Assembly: GCF_964355755.1 (NCBI RefSeq)
Contig: NC_092673.1
Coordinates: 1,984,001 to 2,048,000, forward strand
Source of the DNA: Antedon mediterranea
Lineage: Eukaryota; Animalia; Echinodermata
Length of the DNA: 64,000 nt
Direction of reading: 5' to 3'
Below the pieces are notes generated by a model. That model saw nothing but the letters and a program-made list of their open reading frames with translations. It was not told where the DNA came from and ran no database searches. A program made the position numbers and the translations under genes. The stretch's first letter is position 1. Each line of letters opens with the position of its first letter. Shown here piece after piece: positions 47,996-61,167 of this stretch.

Positions 47996-50052
47996 ATTGA
48001 TAGATCTGAAAGCGAACAGTTAAATTCAATTCATTCAAAATTTATTTAGAAACAGAAATAAAAAGAAGCATACATTTACAATAACTTAAATGGCAACAAT
48101 AAATAAGAACTGTTTCAGTGATTGGAAAAAGAAGTAAAAGAATGTCTAGTCTAAGAACAACCTCATATACTGAAAGCCCGACTGAAAGCAACAACATGTT
48201 ATTGCTTAGGAGAAAAAGTTTGGAGATACTTAAATATTCAAAATACAACTTTAAAAACTATTCTATATTATATTTTTGTTTAGATTGCCTTCAAATCAAA
48301 ATAAAACAAAATGTAAAACTAAACGTTCGGTTAGAATGTTGAACTTTTGAAAAACGCTTTCCTCTTGAATTAACAGGAATATAATGTAGCAGCTATTTAT
48401 CAGGATGAAATAGGCCTTTTTTCCATAAAATAAATGAAATAATGATACTTACCTACTTTACTTTAGTCTGAATAATCTTCAATCTTTTATACCATAATGT
48501 TTGCCTTGTAAGCATACATCAAGTCTCAGTAAATGCGATAAGATTGCGTAAATGTTTAATTTTCATATCTAATCTCAAATTTGAAATGTGAATAATCATG
48601 CTGTAGGCTACTTTGTAACTATTTACCTTTAAATATTGTTTAAATGAAAATAATATCCATCAGCTATCGGCCTATATCCCCTAATTCACAAACAATATTC
48701 TTTTTAAACTGGTTGAAACAACTCTCTGCCCATGTGAAAGTCACCGAAAGAAATGTTGAATTAGTTTTACTGTATGTAGGCTAATGTACGTATGTAGGCC
48801 CCTACATTTACAGTAGATCAAAGTTTTGTTTACTTAGAAACTTGTTTGTTTGACCGCCGCCGTGACATGATGACTTCATTGATATATGGTGATGACTTTT
48901 GTCATCGTCATATATTATCTAATAAAGAACATTTGTTTAACCTTTTTTATAAAGATATACAGTACTAGTGGATACGTGTCTATTTACCAATATAAATGAT
49001 AAATGTGACACTTAGCATGTCTTGATTGTTTTGCATGCTATTGTTGTTAAAACTGTCAAAGGAAGATATGGTCGACATTGTAGGTGGTGTATGCTAGAAC
49101 TATATAATATGACTTGAAATTTGGATCATTAAGTTCTGTCTACACTGTCGAACTAGTTTGACAAAAAGGTGTATATCGTATCATCATATCACTACCATAT
49201 TTGAGAATATCACTACCATATTTGGGCACATCACACTTTTTTGTCAAACTGGTTTGTAGTGTTAGACAGAGCTTCAAACATTAAACAAAAATACTTTTTA
49301 TTTTATTATAATATTTGTAAAGGACATTTTATATACATTATGTGTGAACAAATGGCAAGCTGGCTCTGATAGTAAACTTTATAATATATAGCCTACCTTT
49401 TTTTTATATAGCCTACTTGTTGGTGAGTGCAATGTTTTGTATTTTTTTTATATATGCGATATTTTATGTTCAACTTTGCGATAATAAAGTACAAGTTTTT
49501 ACCTCAACCATGCCTATAGAAAATGATACTTTTTTTTCGTTTTAGTTATTTCATAAGTGGAATAAAAAGAAGTAAGCCTATGTTTTTCAAAATAATATGT
49601 ATATATCAGTAAATTGAGAATATTAACTTTTAAATCATGGCAACACGTCGTACAACCGGACCATCATCGGCGGCGTGGCTACTAGGAGCTAGAGGGCGTT
49701 TGTTATTAAAATGAAAACACTTAACTCAGCCTGGCGTTTGCATATTGTTCTTTATTAATTCGAAAATATGCATATAATTAAGATATTGAATAAAACTTAA
49801 TCTGAGGATGTGCTATCAACAATATACAGCTTTATTAAAAAAATTAATAATTATAAGTATACCATTATTTTAGTGAGTGAATATTTCTAGGCCAGCTGTA
49901 GAACCCAACCCACAAACACTGCTAGCACTGCAGCAGCAGCTTGACGTCAGTTTACACAAAATGCAACTTGGCCTACAGGCCTAGCCTAGGCTTAATTGTT
50001 TTGAAACATTTTAAATCAAGCTCAATGATTCATTTATTAAATGTAAATCAAT

Positions 50053-53000
50053 ATGAAACGAGTAATAGTGCAAAAAAACGGAACCACCGGAAATGGAAAG
50101 GTTTGTGCTTTAAAAAAAATTGTTTTCTATAGGGGCCTAGGCCTAGTATTTAAGTATAAAAATTTAACTTGATTTTACTAATACTAGGCCTAGAGTAGGA
50201 CCCAGATTAGAAGTTAGAAAATTGTGTTTTTGTAAATAAGATGCAATTACTGTATACGGTGCTGGCTGTAATCATCATTAAGCTTATGTTATGCGCGATT
50301 TGAACGATTTGCGCAATTTGAAATTGCGCAAAAAAAATCCTTGCGCAATTTGAATTGAAACATGTGTTTCAAATTGCGCAAGCAACGTATTAAATTGCGC
50401 AAGTAATCTGCAAATTGCGCAAGGTTTTTCGACAGATTGTGAAATCATGCACACCCATATTTTTATAGTAATTTCTAAGAATGATTCAAAATTAAAGATA
50501 AATATCGCATTTCCTTATTTTAGTAGTGCAAATATTGTTATAAGTTAGCATACCGTCGAAGAACCGACGAAGGAAAACGAAGCGGTGGTGTTCCACCAGG
50601 CGGGCGCGGCGCGGGCGGCCGGCTATACTACTCTAGCCTAGCTAGGGTCTGGACTACTGATACTGACTAGGTTACATGGCCTAGCTTAAACTAATATTAA
50701 AAACTTAAAAAGTGAGTATTAAACATTATCTTCATTGAAATGGTCTTATTTATATAATAAAATACTAAATTTTAAACTCCTCTGCCTAGGCCTAGCCTAG
50801 CCATGTATGGGAAAATTTACAGTTCGTTTTCAAATTGCGCAAAGGAGTCATATTGCGCAAGAACTATCTTGCGCAATTTACAAATTGTGCAGCGCAATTT
50901 AAAATTGCGCAAAGATTTTCTTGCGCAATTTGAAATTGCGCAAGTTGATTGCGCAATTTGAAATTGCGCAAAAAAATCATTGCGCAATTTTAAATTGCGC
51001 AAGAATTCTTTGCGCAATTTCAAATTGCGCAAGGATTTTTTTGCGCAATTTCAAATTGCGCAAATCGTTCAAATCGCGCATAACACTTACACCCACAGCG
51101 CCCCCCCCCCCCCCCCCCCCCAGATGAGCGATAATAGAAACTGATGCAAAAATGCACTTTGTTTAAAATTTCTTCCACCTTTTTTTTAGTTGATATTTCT
51201 TGGAGATAGTTTGGATATGTTTCTGCATGAAGCAAACCGAGTTCTGAACATGCCAGGAACAACTGTGTACACAGCGAAAGGAGGAGTAGTTGAAGATATT
51301 AGAGTTATAAGGTAATAAGAGTAAATGTGTTATGCGCAATTTGCACAATTTGAAAATGTTATAAATATAAAGTATAAAACAATTTTTATTATCTTTTAAT
51401 AAAGAGAGACCAAATATTGAAAGGCCAACTTTCAAGTCTAGTTAGCTGGCCTAAAAAACTTGAAGAGAAAGAGAGGCCGCATCACATGGATGATGAGCCA
51501 AAGTCCAAATTGGCAACGCAATTTCAGATGGGATATAGAATGAGATAGTGAAATATAAAAATTGATGGGCAGCAGTGGAATTTAATTTTTTACAATTTAT
51601 ATTAAATACCTACTATACCAATGATGTCCAATTTCTTTCAGAGATGATGAAGTTCTATATATATCTGAAGGAGAGGCGTTTGTTGGTAAGTTTATCATCG
51701 TGTAAATATCTGTCTACACTATCAAACTAGTTTGACCAAAAAAAATGTGATTTGCCCAAATATGGTAGTGATACGCCCAAATTTGGTAGTGATATGACAT
51801 CATCATGTCCATATATAGGCACATCACATTTTGTTTTCACATAAAGTTTGATAGTGTAAACATAGCTTTAGACATGTACTGTATCAATGATGTTTGAATT
51901 GAATATTTATAGAGGCATCATAGAACTTAAAATTGTGTATTGTGATTGAATATACTTATTGTTGATATTTATTAAACTATTCAATTTTAGACCCCAAGTA
52001 TGCAGTTGCGATGAGGCCTTTAATAACTAAATGTAATACCGATGAAGCCAGTATGAGTGTTGATCAGAACGATTGGGTCGCACTCAATGTCGGCGGAAAG
52101 AGATTCACTACAACAAGGTAATTCTTACAACTATTGATAGATTCTTAATTTGAAAAGATGTGAAAGATAAATCAGTCGGGGAAAAAATGGCTAAAGGCTT
52201 GCTACTTTCTAGGAGTTTTAAGTTATCAGGTAGCCTAAGTTGTTCGAACAAATCTGTAACATGACCACAGTGCCGATTTTGCCATTTTTCCCCTACCTAA
52301 AATGGAACTTTAGGAAAAAATGTAGACAGTGTGAAATGTGGTTTGTAGTAAGAACATTTTATGTTGATTTTAATACTGCTATTATTCTACCATAACTAAA
52401 TTTAAATTACACCATAGACAAACAAATTTTCTTGTCTCGTGAACTAAACTATTTGAAAAAAATAATATAACAAAAGGTTCATGGGAATGTGGAATGGTAG
52501 TTCCACTCTTAAAAAGGGTAATTTTAAATTACAGCGACTTATAAATATTACAGCATAAAGGATGAACACAAGCGCGAAGTCGCTCTTTTTGTTTCAAGGA
52601 AATCAACATGATGGTCTCATCAGCTTTCTGCTTCTTTGTAGTTCCTTTACCAGTAACCTAGCAGCATCAGCAACGTCAATAGCATCAAGACCATCCTTGG
52701 CTACTGGATCTTCCTTGGCAACTGGATCATCCTTAGCAACAGGACCATCATTAGCAACTGGACACTCCTTAGCCACTGGATCTTCCTTAACAACAGGATC
52801 TTCCCTAACTACTGGATCTTCCTCAGCAACGGGTTCAACAATGAAAGTGACACCACACATGTCAGAGGTCGAACGCAATATACTAATGGCACTTGTAAAT
52901 CAGTACCGTGGCGCAATTGAAAGCAGGAGAAATGACAGTAATGCTGTTCATCGCAAAGCAATTGCTTGGGCCTACGTCGAAAAAGAATATAATACGCAAC

Positions 53001-56000
53001 CAATGGTGAGAAACCAACGAACGAAGAAACAACTGCGTAAAGCTTACGAAAATTTAAAAATGCGTTCAAAGAAAGACATAATGAAGAGACAAAAATTTAT
53101 AAAACCGCAAGAAGATCAAAGAAAAACTGGGATAAGCGGCATGAACATGCACATGATGATGCAAGAGAGTGAGATTCCAGCTGAGATACGAACGCTACTA
53201 AACCCATATGATGCGCAAGATACATCATACCACAATGAACAATCAACCAGTATTCATGATGGTAAGCTGCTCCATGTGTATATTGCTAACTTTCCCTATT
53301 AAATGATATTTTCACTGCCTTTCTACTTTAACTAGTTAGTAATAAACAAGTTAAGTAGTACTTAAGTAGGTGTGGATATCTGCTTTCTTAAACTCAGCGC
53401 TATAAGACCAAAAGTCTATTTGAACACAAAAATTTTAAGAAGTGACTTAACTGTCCTCGGATGCTGTTTTTTAACTGGTATATATTCCTTATTATTGGAT
53501 TATTGTACTTTTATATATATATTATAAATATTCTTGTCTTGTATGTTAAAAAGCTCTGGCATTTTACTTTTGTAGATTCATTATCGGGCACAGAAGAACA
53601 ATCAGATTTGGCCTCATTAGACAGTACACATCAGGTTCGCCACGGTCACCAGGAACATTATCCAGACCAACGATTGGGCATTCAAAGCCCCACAAGTGAC
53701 ACCACCCACACTGATTACAGGTCAATTAAAAACCTTACAAACGATGTCGGTCAAACCGATTATAGATCAGTTGAGACCGCCACAAGTAACAGTATTAACA
53801 ATGAGTGCAAATCGATGGAAATTACTACTAAACCGTTAACTAAGATGTTCACAAGTGCGCTACCGGTCGCTAGCGTTCCACAGGTGCAGATGGTGTCACC
53901 AGTGGCAGTAGGACACGATGCATTACCAACCAACATGGATGCAAAGAACATTTGGAGAAAAGAAATGTATCAGTCTACAGATTTAACATATGAGTATGAA
54001 GAACTGAAAGAAGAAAAGTATCATCCCAATGAGGAGGAGGACATGTATCATAGTGAGACTGACCCTCCTGCTAAACCGTGCGATGACGACCACCATCAGA
54101 GACATCAAGATGCTGCCACCAGTAATGAACAAGATGTTGAGGAGGAGGAACATGTGGAGAAACAAAGTATCGTCAAAGAAACTTCATTTAAAGAGCTGGA
54201 GATTCTTATCTTACAGACAAAGTTGGAAAATGAAAGACGAGAACATAAACTCAGAATACAACTACTACGACAGCAAATTAAGTTTTGGAAAAAGAAAACT
54301 ATTAGCCAGAAATAAATGTTTTGCATGCTAAATTAAGATATGTATTTATTCTAATATGATGCTTCTCAATAATGCGTCCCACAGTGTATGTACTCTCTTA
54401 CTGTATCCCGCTCATAGTTGTAAGTGACCACTCAAAGTTTTAGATGACCACTCAAAGTTATGTTATGTGACCACTTGTCATTGTGACCTTACGAACAAAC
54501 ACACATGGACAAATTTTTAAATATATTATATACCAAGCAGATGCATTCCCAGATAATCTAGCTCTTGTCATCAACGGTGAAGGATCGCAACTCATTCAGT
54601 CATGATACACCAACGTATCCCCCCAATTCTTCATATTTTATACAGTGTAACCGGTAGCATAACACAAAAAGTCCCCTTTTTTAGCACTCCTAGAGGGCAC
54701 TCAAACACTGGGTAGTTGCATTGAGGCATCATGCTTTGGGGCACTTGGATTCATTTTAAAAATGCTAATTAATATATAAAGTTATCATGTGTAATATTTA
54801 ATGAATTTTATGCTTTTGTGCTATACGTTATATAAATAAAATTAAAATAAAAAATAATATATATATATAGTAACATTTAGTAATTAGTGTAGGAATTTCC
54901 ATATTGTTCAAATCCATTTTCTTAACATTCATAAACAGCATGAGAAATGATGTGTCATTCTGTGTTGTGTTTAGGGTAGATTTATAGTACACACAATGTG
55001 GTTTTGCGTTTGGTTTCCTCATTTAGATGTTTAGTGCCTAACTAAATTGTTAGCTTGCTCAAACCAAAATTCTAAGGTTAAATCTTTCTAAAGCTTGGTT
55101 CCCACTAGAACGTAACGCAAGGACGTAAACGCAACGCAAGCGTTTTAACCAATGACAAGCGAAGTTATAGACAGTTAGCAATCACAAGCGAATAAGCCAT
55201 CGCTTGTGATTGGTCAATTCACTTGCGTTGCGTTACGTCCTTGCGTTGCGTCGCTAGTGGCAACCACGATTAATTAAGCATTACATTACTCTTTTTATTT
55301 TAGATTTTGACCCAATAGTATTTTTTTTTAGCTAGTCCACTTAATTATTTCTTTAACAAAAAATCTGACCAACTGTCCCTGTTTTTATATTGGTAATGTG
55401 CTTGAGGGGTTAGGGTTAGCATAACATACATTTTTGTTTTTTATTTGTGATTCAATATTCTGTATATCTTTACTGTGTCTTGTCATTAAGTGCTGTATAA
55501 TACTTGTTTGGCTGTTGCTGCGTGTAATGTTCTATACAATAAACAAATTGTATTACATATTAATTTTGTATTTAACCATGTTTATTGAGGTTGATCCAAA
55601 ACAGCATATGGTGACAATGAAGGGGCCTAAAACAAACCAAAAAAAAAAGGGTTTCATCATGCAAACATTCATTCATTCAAAGCAAGTAATTAGACAATCT
55701 GCAAGAGAAGAAAAAAGTTTAACCAGTAATTTGATTGGTTAGCAATTCTTTTCGACCTCTCTTGTGTGTAAAAAAATGTCCGTCTGATTGGATAGCAACT
55801 CTTTTCAACATCTAATGTGTGTGAACAAATTTCCTTCTGATTGGATAGCATCTCTTTTCACTTAGCACAAAGGTGCATCTTCCCAAATAACAATATAAAA
55901 TATAACAATGAATTTACATACAGAAAAGTATAAACGAAAAAAAAACTATCAACCCCGTAGTAGAATACTATACACAGATGAATGCAAAACAAAATATAGT

Positions 56001-59000
56001 AAAAGTTTGTTAAAAATAAACTGATAACACAGCTTATTACAAACACCCACCAGAAATATATGGTACTTAACTAAAATAGAAAAAAGGTTTGTTCCCACCA
56101 TAATAATAATAATTAGTCACTGCTAGCTACTTTTAGGCTTTAAAGATGTTAGGAGAAAAAAAAGAATATGATAAATTGTTGTTAAGTCATCTGAAATTGG
56201 TGTAATTTGTAAGATTAGATTAGACATTCTGAGTATCGTCAAGGGAAAACTACGGTAATTTACAATTGATGAATTTCTGAAAATAGCATGCCCACCTTAA
56301 CACCGTTAATTACAATTTATAATTGTCAATGAACTTCTCTTTTTTGGTTTGATAGATCTTAACATGGCATGTACTACTGTAATTATTGTTTGTTTTCTTT
56401 TGAAACATTATTATTTTATTTGGAATTAAGAAAAAGTACAAAATCTGCCATAAAACATCCAGAGCAATAAAGACTAGTTGACGATTTGTTATATAAACGC
56501 TCGTACAAATGCTGACGCATCGTAAAACATTTACAACCTATCAATTGTTTTTATTGCATTCGCATGAGAGTCAACTCTGCTTAAGTACTTTGATTCTTTT
56601 TATTTATTTGTATAAAACTATAAATATCGAGGAAAGGCAATATGTCATAGTTTTATTAGTATTAAGATTCAAGATTCAATTTTATTTGCCAATTTAAGAT
56701 CAAAATAATATGAGTACATTTTCAACATTAAAATCCAAAATGTATATATTAATAAAATTAGTACCATATAAAAATATTTAAACCTAGTTGAGATATATAA
56801 TTTTAAAACAATCAATATTTAAAAACAGACATAAAATACCACATACAGATACAATATTTTAAAAGCAACATATAAGAACATAAAAATACTATAAACATTA
56901 CTTTATACATGTTACAATAATTAGTTAAAATATGAAAGAAAGAAAACACACTTCTAATAAGTATATTGAAATCTTCAATTCAATTCAATCCAAAAAAAAT
57001 TTAGCATAACATTATGCAATAACCAATTTAATCAATATTAACTTTTTTCAGGGGTCTTCCATGTATTGTCCCTTGAAACACAAAAAATGAAGGTCAAAAT
57101 ATTCTAAATTTAAATTGGCCATATCAAAGTAATATTAAAGTTATTCACTTTAAGTCGAAAATTCGAGCCAAAAACAACAAGTTTACGTAACGATTACGTA
57201 ATGATTACATTTCGTCTGGAAAATTGTCGTAAGGGAAAGTAAACAAACATTTCAAACCACAAGTATGCATTATACATGATGCTAATTAGTATTGTTTACA
57301 ACTCGTCACGGTTGAGAAGGTGTTTTCACAGATCGCGAGGAAGTTTTATGATGTAGCATACAGAGTAGCCAAACAAGCGCGTTGCATTATGAGATATGCT
57401 TTGATCGAAAACTTTGACTGGACGTCAAAGTTATTTTTTGAACAAAAAAATGTCTGTATTTCAGTTAAATGATTTTTTTTGTGATTAATTTTTGGCGAAA
57501 GTTAATAACTATTATGATACTTCAAAATGACCCATTTTTTCAAAATATTTATTTTTTTATTTTTTTGGAATTAGTCAAAGGGACAATACATCTTTAAGGT
57601 TTCTTTTAACTAGACTAGAGGACCAGTGAAATTACATTTTTACTGGTCATCCACTTGTTTTACTGGTCACAGAATATGGGAGATATTAGGGAGACCTTTA
57701 ATATACTGTAACTTTAAAAAACTAGAAATGAGATACATTTAGTGCAAGTGTGAAATATTTTATAAGGAAATCGTAAAATTATTGATATTTTGTCAGGTTT
57801 TACTGAAATTTTAACTGGCCAAGCAAACTTGTTTATTATTTGACTATTTAACTGGTCCACCACACATTTAACTGCTCCACCACACATTTAACTGCTCCAC
57901 CACACATTTAACTGCTCCACCACACATTTAACTGCTCCACCACACATTTAACTGCTCCACCACACATTTAACTGCTCCACCACACATTTAACTGCTCCAC
58001 CACACATTTAACTGCTCCACCACACATTTAACTGCTTCACCACAAATTTAACTGATCCACTACACATTTAACTGGCCATTGGCTGGCGCTATTTCTAACG
58101 CGGTTTTTATTGATAAAAATGAAATTCATTATAACTAATAATTAATTCTTGTGATTTATTATCTGTTCATAAACTAAATTAATTTTTCATCTGTTAGATT
58201 CACCAAGATGTAAAATATATTAAATTTCATTATTCCTTCATTAATGTTTTCTGGAAAAAATGTTTATGAATAAAATAATCTACTCTTATTAAAGTTAATT
58301 TACTTTCAGACATTAAATAAAATGCAGCTTGTGAATTTACATATCAAAGGACTTAAGTGCTGACAGACAATCCAGCACATGTCTGTCTTCACATTGAATT
58401 ATTATAGAAATGACAAATGGTTTAATTTGAGCTAATAAATATGTTTTATAGTTGCAGATTAACTTTTTTATCCCCATTTTTTTTTTTTTTTTTTGCAGAA
58501 GCACATTAATTGGAAGAGAGCCCTCTAGCATGCTAGCCAGAATGTTTACAGGCAATAGTATGTATCTTTTCATTAAAGATGTATTGTCCCCCAAAAACAT
58601 GAAAAATGAATAATAATTAAATCAGACTTTGTAGTACTTCCACAAACAGAAAATGTTTAAAAAAAATAGTTTTTACTTATAAAATGACAAAATAAATGAT
58701 TAAATTCAACCATAAACCCATTGGCTGGCTTGCTTTAAATTACAGTATTTTCAGGCTGGTAAATACATTTTTTTAGATCAAATTTTTGGTCAAAGTGAAT
58801 AACTATTTACTGTATGTGACATTTGTCGTATTCGAGTGGACCGTTGAGTAGTTTTTCCGTTGAGTACTTCTTTAACGGAGTATTTTGAGCGTTGAGATTG
58901 TTCTTAACGAAAAAGCTTTTGTTGTCAACGTTTTCTATTCGAATGACTTTCTGTTGAGCACAAATTTACAATTCGAATACAAAAAGTACTCAACGAATCT

Positions 59001-61167
59001 TTACGTTGGCAACGAAAGTTCCCAATCGAATACGACAATTGAAATGGCATTATTCAACAAAAACATTTTTTTTTAAATGTTCAGAGGGACAAAAAACACC
59101 ATGTCAAATTATCTCTACTACATTTTATTTCCTCTTTATTCAATTACCAGTATGTAAAAGAATTTATTGCAGTGACTGCCACAATACAATACATTACTAC
59201 AGTAGAATATAGAATCCTTATTTTGACATGATCTTTAATGTTACTTGGAAAAATTGATTTTTTTCTATAAAAGAACACTGTCAAAATTGTCACTCAAGGG
59301 ACAAGAATGAAACATTACTCCATAACATGAAAAGAGAATAAAGTTCATTTTATAATTGTCTGAAACTTAATTTAAACTCCTGTAATTTAATATCAAATAA
59401 TGGTATATTCTGGTAAACAAGAACTTGATAATTGTTGATTTTAAACCAGAATTGGAAAATTGCTATTAATTGTGTAATTTAATATCTCTCCTTTTGGTCT
59501 ACCATCAATTGTTGATAAAATATAACATTACAAGCGATACAGTCATTCCTCTATTTTACAAAAAAATCGATCTATCGCAATGATATCTTTAAAACATTTT
59601 TGATTGATATTGAAACTTTATACTTGGCCCTTATCAGTGACAATTATTTTTAAATAGTAATGATAATAATATAATAGTCCATGCACGAATTATCATCTCT
59701 TCTATAATATATTCGACTCTATAACCTTTAAGATATATTGTCCCCCTAAACATTTTTTTTCACATTTTTTGTTGAATGTGCCGTTTTAATGTCACGTAAT
59801 AGTTATTCACTTTGACCAAAAACTAAATTGAAAAAAAAATGATTTAATGCAAAAAAACACTGTTGTCTGTCAGACAATGGTTTTTGGTTAAAATTAACCA
59901 TTTCATTTGTCTTTTTATATGTGAAATAATGGTTTTTTTTTACAGTAAGTGAATAACTTTATTAAAACTGGCCTATTTAAAGTCTGATTTATTAATCTTA
60001 ATTTTTTATGTTTTTGGGGACAATACATCTTTAATTTATGCAATTTGATTTTGAATGCCAAAACTCCGAATCAATTTTGGAGTAATATTATCATACTTTT
60101 ATGAATAACGGAACAATATTTTAAATTACTATTATATATTTTCAGAGTATCCGTGGTGTAGTGCTGTAGATTCTGAGGCAGCGTTCTTGATTGATAGAAG
60201 TCCAAGATATTTTGAACCAATTCTGAATTATTTAAGACACGGCCAACTTATAATTGATGCTGATATATCGCCAAAAGGTACTATATGTAAATTCTCACTC
60301 CCTCATAAACCTCTCTCCCCATCCTCATCATAAATCCTTTCCTAACCTTTCTTCCTCCCATCTCCCCTACCTCCTAATAACACCCTCTCCCCTAACTCCT
60401 CTCTCCTCTCTCTCCTCTCCCTCCTAACACATTTACCACTCTTAACCTCTGTCGATCCTCCTCAATCCTCACATAGATGTGGTGAGTTTATAAGGATGAA
60501 ACGATAACGTGCGCAATACAGCTGTCTTATTGTGTAAAATACTTTTACAAGTTATAATGTCGTTAGATTGAATAGCAATATTGCCAGCTTCAGATGTCTA
60601 ATTATGGTGATAATTTTTTTGTATAAAGACATTAATATTATGCCTGGTAATAATTATGTGACATTTACGGATGTCTACTTGATTTACAGTATTGAAATTT
60701 ATTAGAAATTCAAAAAATAATCAAAGGGCTATTTATAAATGTTTATTTATATGCAATGTGAATGTAGTGGAAGTCTCCATACGTGAAACTGGTTTAAATT
60801 TTTTCAAACATTGATATTATAATTAGAGTCCACAACGCCATGAGCAATGATCCATTCATTAGAAGTCGGCACTGTACAAGAGCTCGTATATTTATGTAAA
60901 GAATTATTTTTTCATAAAATACTGCTATCTCTAATTTGAACAGTGAATATTATCTTATTATTTAGAATAATTTCATATCATGTTGTGATTACAGGAATTC
61001 TAGAAGAAGCCAAATTTTTTGGTTTGCAATCATTGATACAAAAGTTAGAAAAGATAATAAAAGAAAGAGAACCAAAACCTCCACCAGGGGATCACACACC
61101 TATCACTCGCAGGGAGTTTGTGAAGATACTTCTAATGTGCCCATCAAGATCAGAACTACGTTGTCAG
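50053..61167 (+). CDS. KCTD9: BTB/POZ domain-containing protein KCTD9 (KHA domain plus BTB; pentapeptide-repeat exons lie beyond the window), 3'-partial
   Basis: Exons 50053-50100 (MKRVIVQKNGTTGNGK), 51190-51311 (..VYTAKGGVVEDIRVIR), 51642-51685 (DDEVLYISEGEAFV), 51991-52117 (..DWVALNVGGKRFTTTR), 58499-58557 (STLIGREPSSMLARMF), 60146-60277 (AFLIDRSPRYFEPILNYLRHGQL), 60995-61167 (GILEEAKFFG..ITRREFVKILLMCPSRSELRCQ). All phases are compatible and the sequence follows recalled vertebrate KCTD9 closely. Confidence 0.95.
50287..51085. mobile_element. Non-autonomous TGT..ACA DNA transposon (Ginger-like), 799-bp copy in KCTD9 intron 1
   Basis: Same termini as 24062-24251; exact 4-bp duplication CTTA at 50283-50286 and 51086-51089; TTGCGCAA arrays at both ends and a GC-rich core. 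Confidence 0.88.
52642..54315 (+). CDS. Two-exon Myb/SANT-like (Myb_DNA-bind_5, MSANTD/Harbinger-type) module in KCTD9 intron 4: alternative terminal exons or nested gene
   Basis: Exon A 52642-53261 (ORF open from 52562) and exon B 53576-54315 join in phase 1. Domain TPHMSEVERNILMALVNQYRGAIESRRNDSNAVHRKAIAWAYVEKEYN..RTKKQLRKAYENLKMRSKK; C-terminal coiled coil KELEILILQTKLENERREHKLRIQLLRQQIKFWKKK; AATAAA at 54311-54316 overlaps the stop. Confidence 0.85.
55092..55270. mobile_element. PIF/Harbinger-type MITE family B, 179 bp
   Basis: Reverse complement of 44803-44981 with few differences; TAA on both sides. Confidence 0.9.
57061..57593. mobile_element. Kolobok-like non-autonomous element (TIR AGATGTATTGTCCC, TTAA target), long palindromic copy
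   Basis: Long imperfect inverted arms; right end GGGACAATACATCT followed by TTAA. Related copies at about 7324-7414, 32875-33155, 39570-39894, 45901-46215, 58577-59100, 59731-60030 and 62260-62420. Confidence 0.6.
57847..58075. repeat. Minisatellite, 20 bp x about 11
   Basis: TTTAACTGCTCCACCACACA units. Confidence 0.97.
58824..59037. mobile_element. Small TIR element nested in a Kolobok-like MITE
   Basis: TGTCGTATTCGA..TCGAATACGACA interrupts the GTGACATT-AAATGGCA segment seen uninterrupted in sister copies; ATT on both sides. Confidence 0.7.
59731..60030. mobile_element. Kolobok-like MITE copy
   Basis: AGATATATTGTCCCC..GGGGACAATACATCT followed by TTAA. Confidence 0.7.

Noticed and set aside
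52562-52641. ATG 52562 as the start of a stand-alone Myb/SANT gene
   Set aside because: Disfavoured but not excluded: the first 27 codons read like translated pyrimidine tracts and end at an in-phase acceptor.
57847-58075. Repeat arrays as possible CRISPR (also 7956-8222, 23135-23312, 46761-47080)
   Set aside because: Head-to-tail units without unique spacers, no cas genes, eukaryotic context.
52118-58498. Intact autonomous Harbinger transposon in KCTD9 intron 4
   Set aside because: No HARBI1-like DDE ORF on either strand and no TIR pair with a TWA duplication enclosing the Myb module was found by eye.
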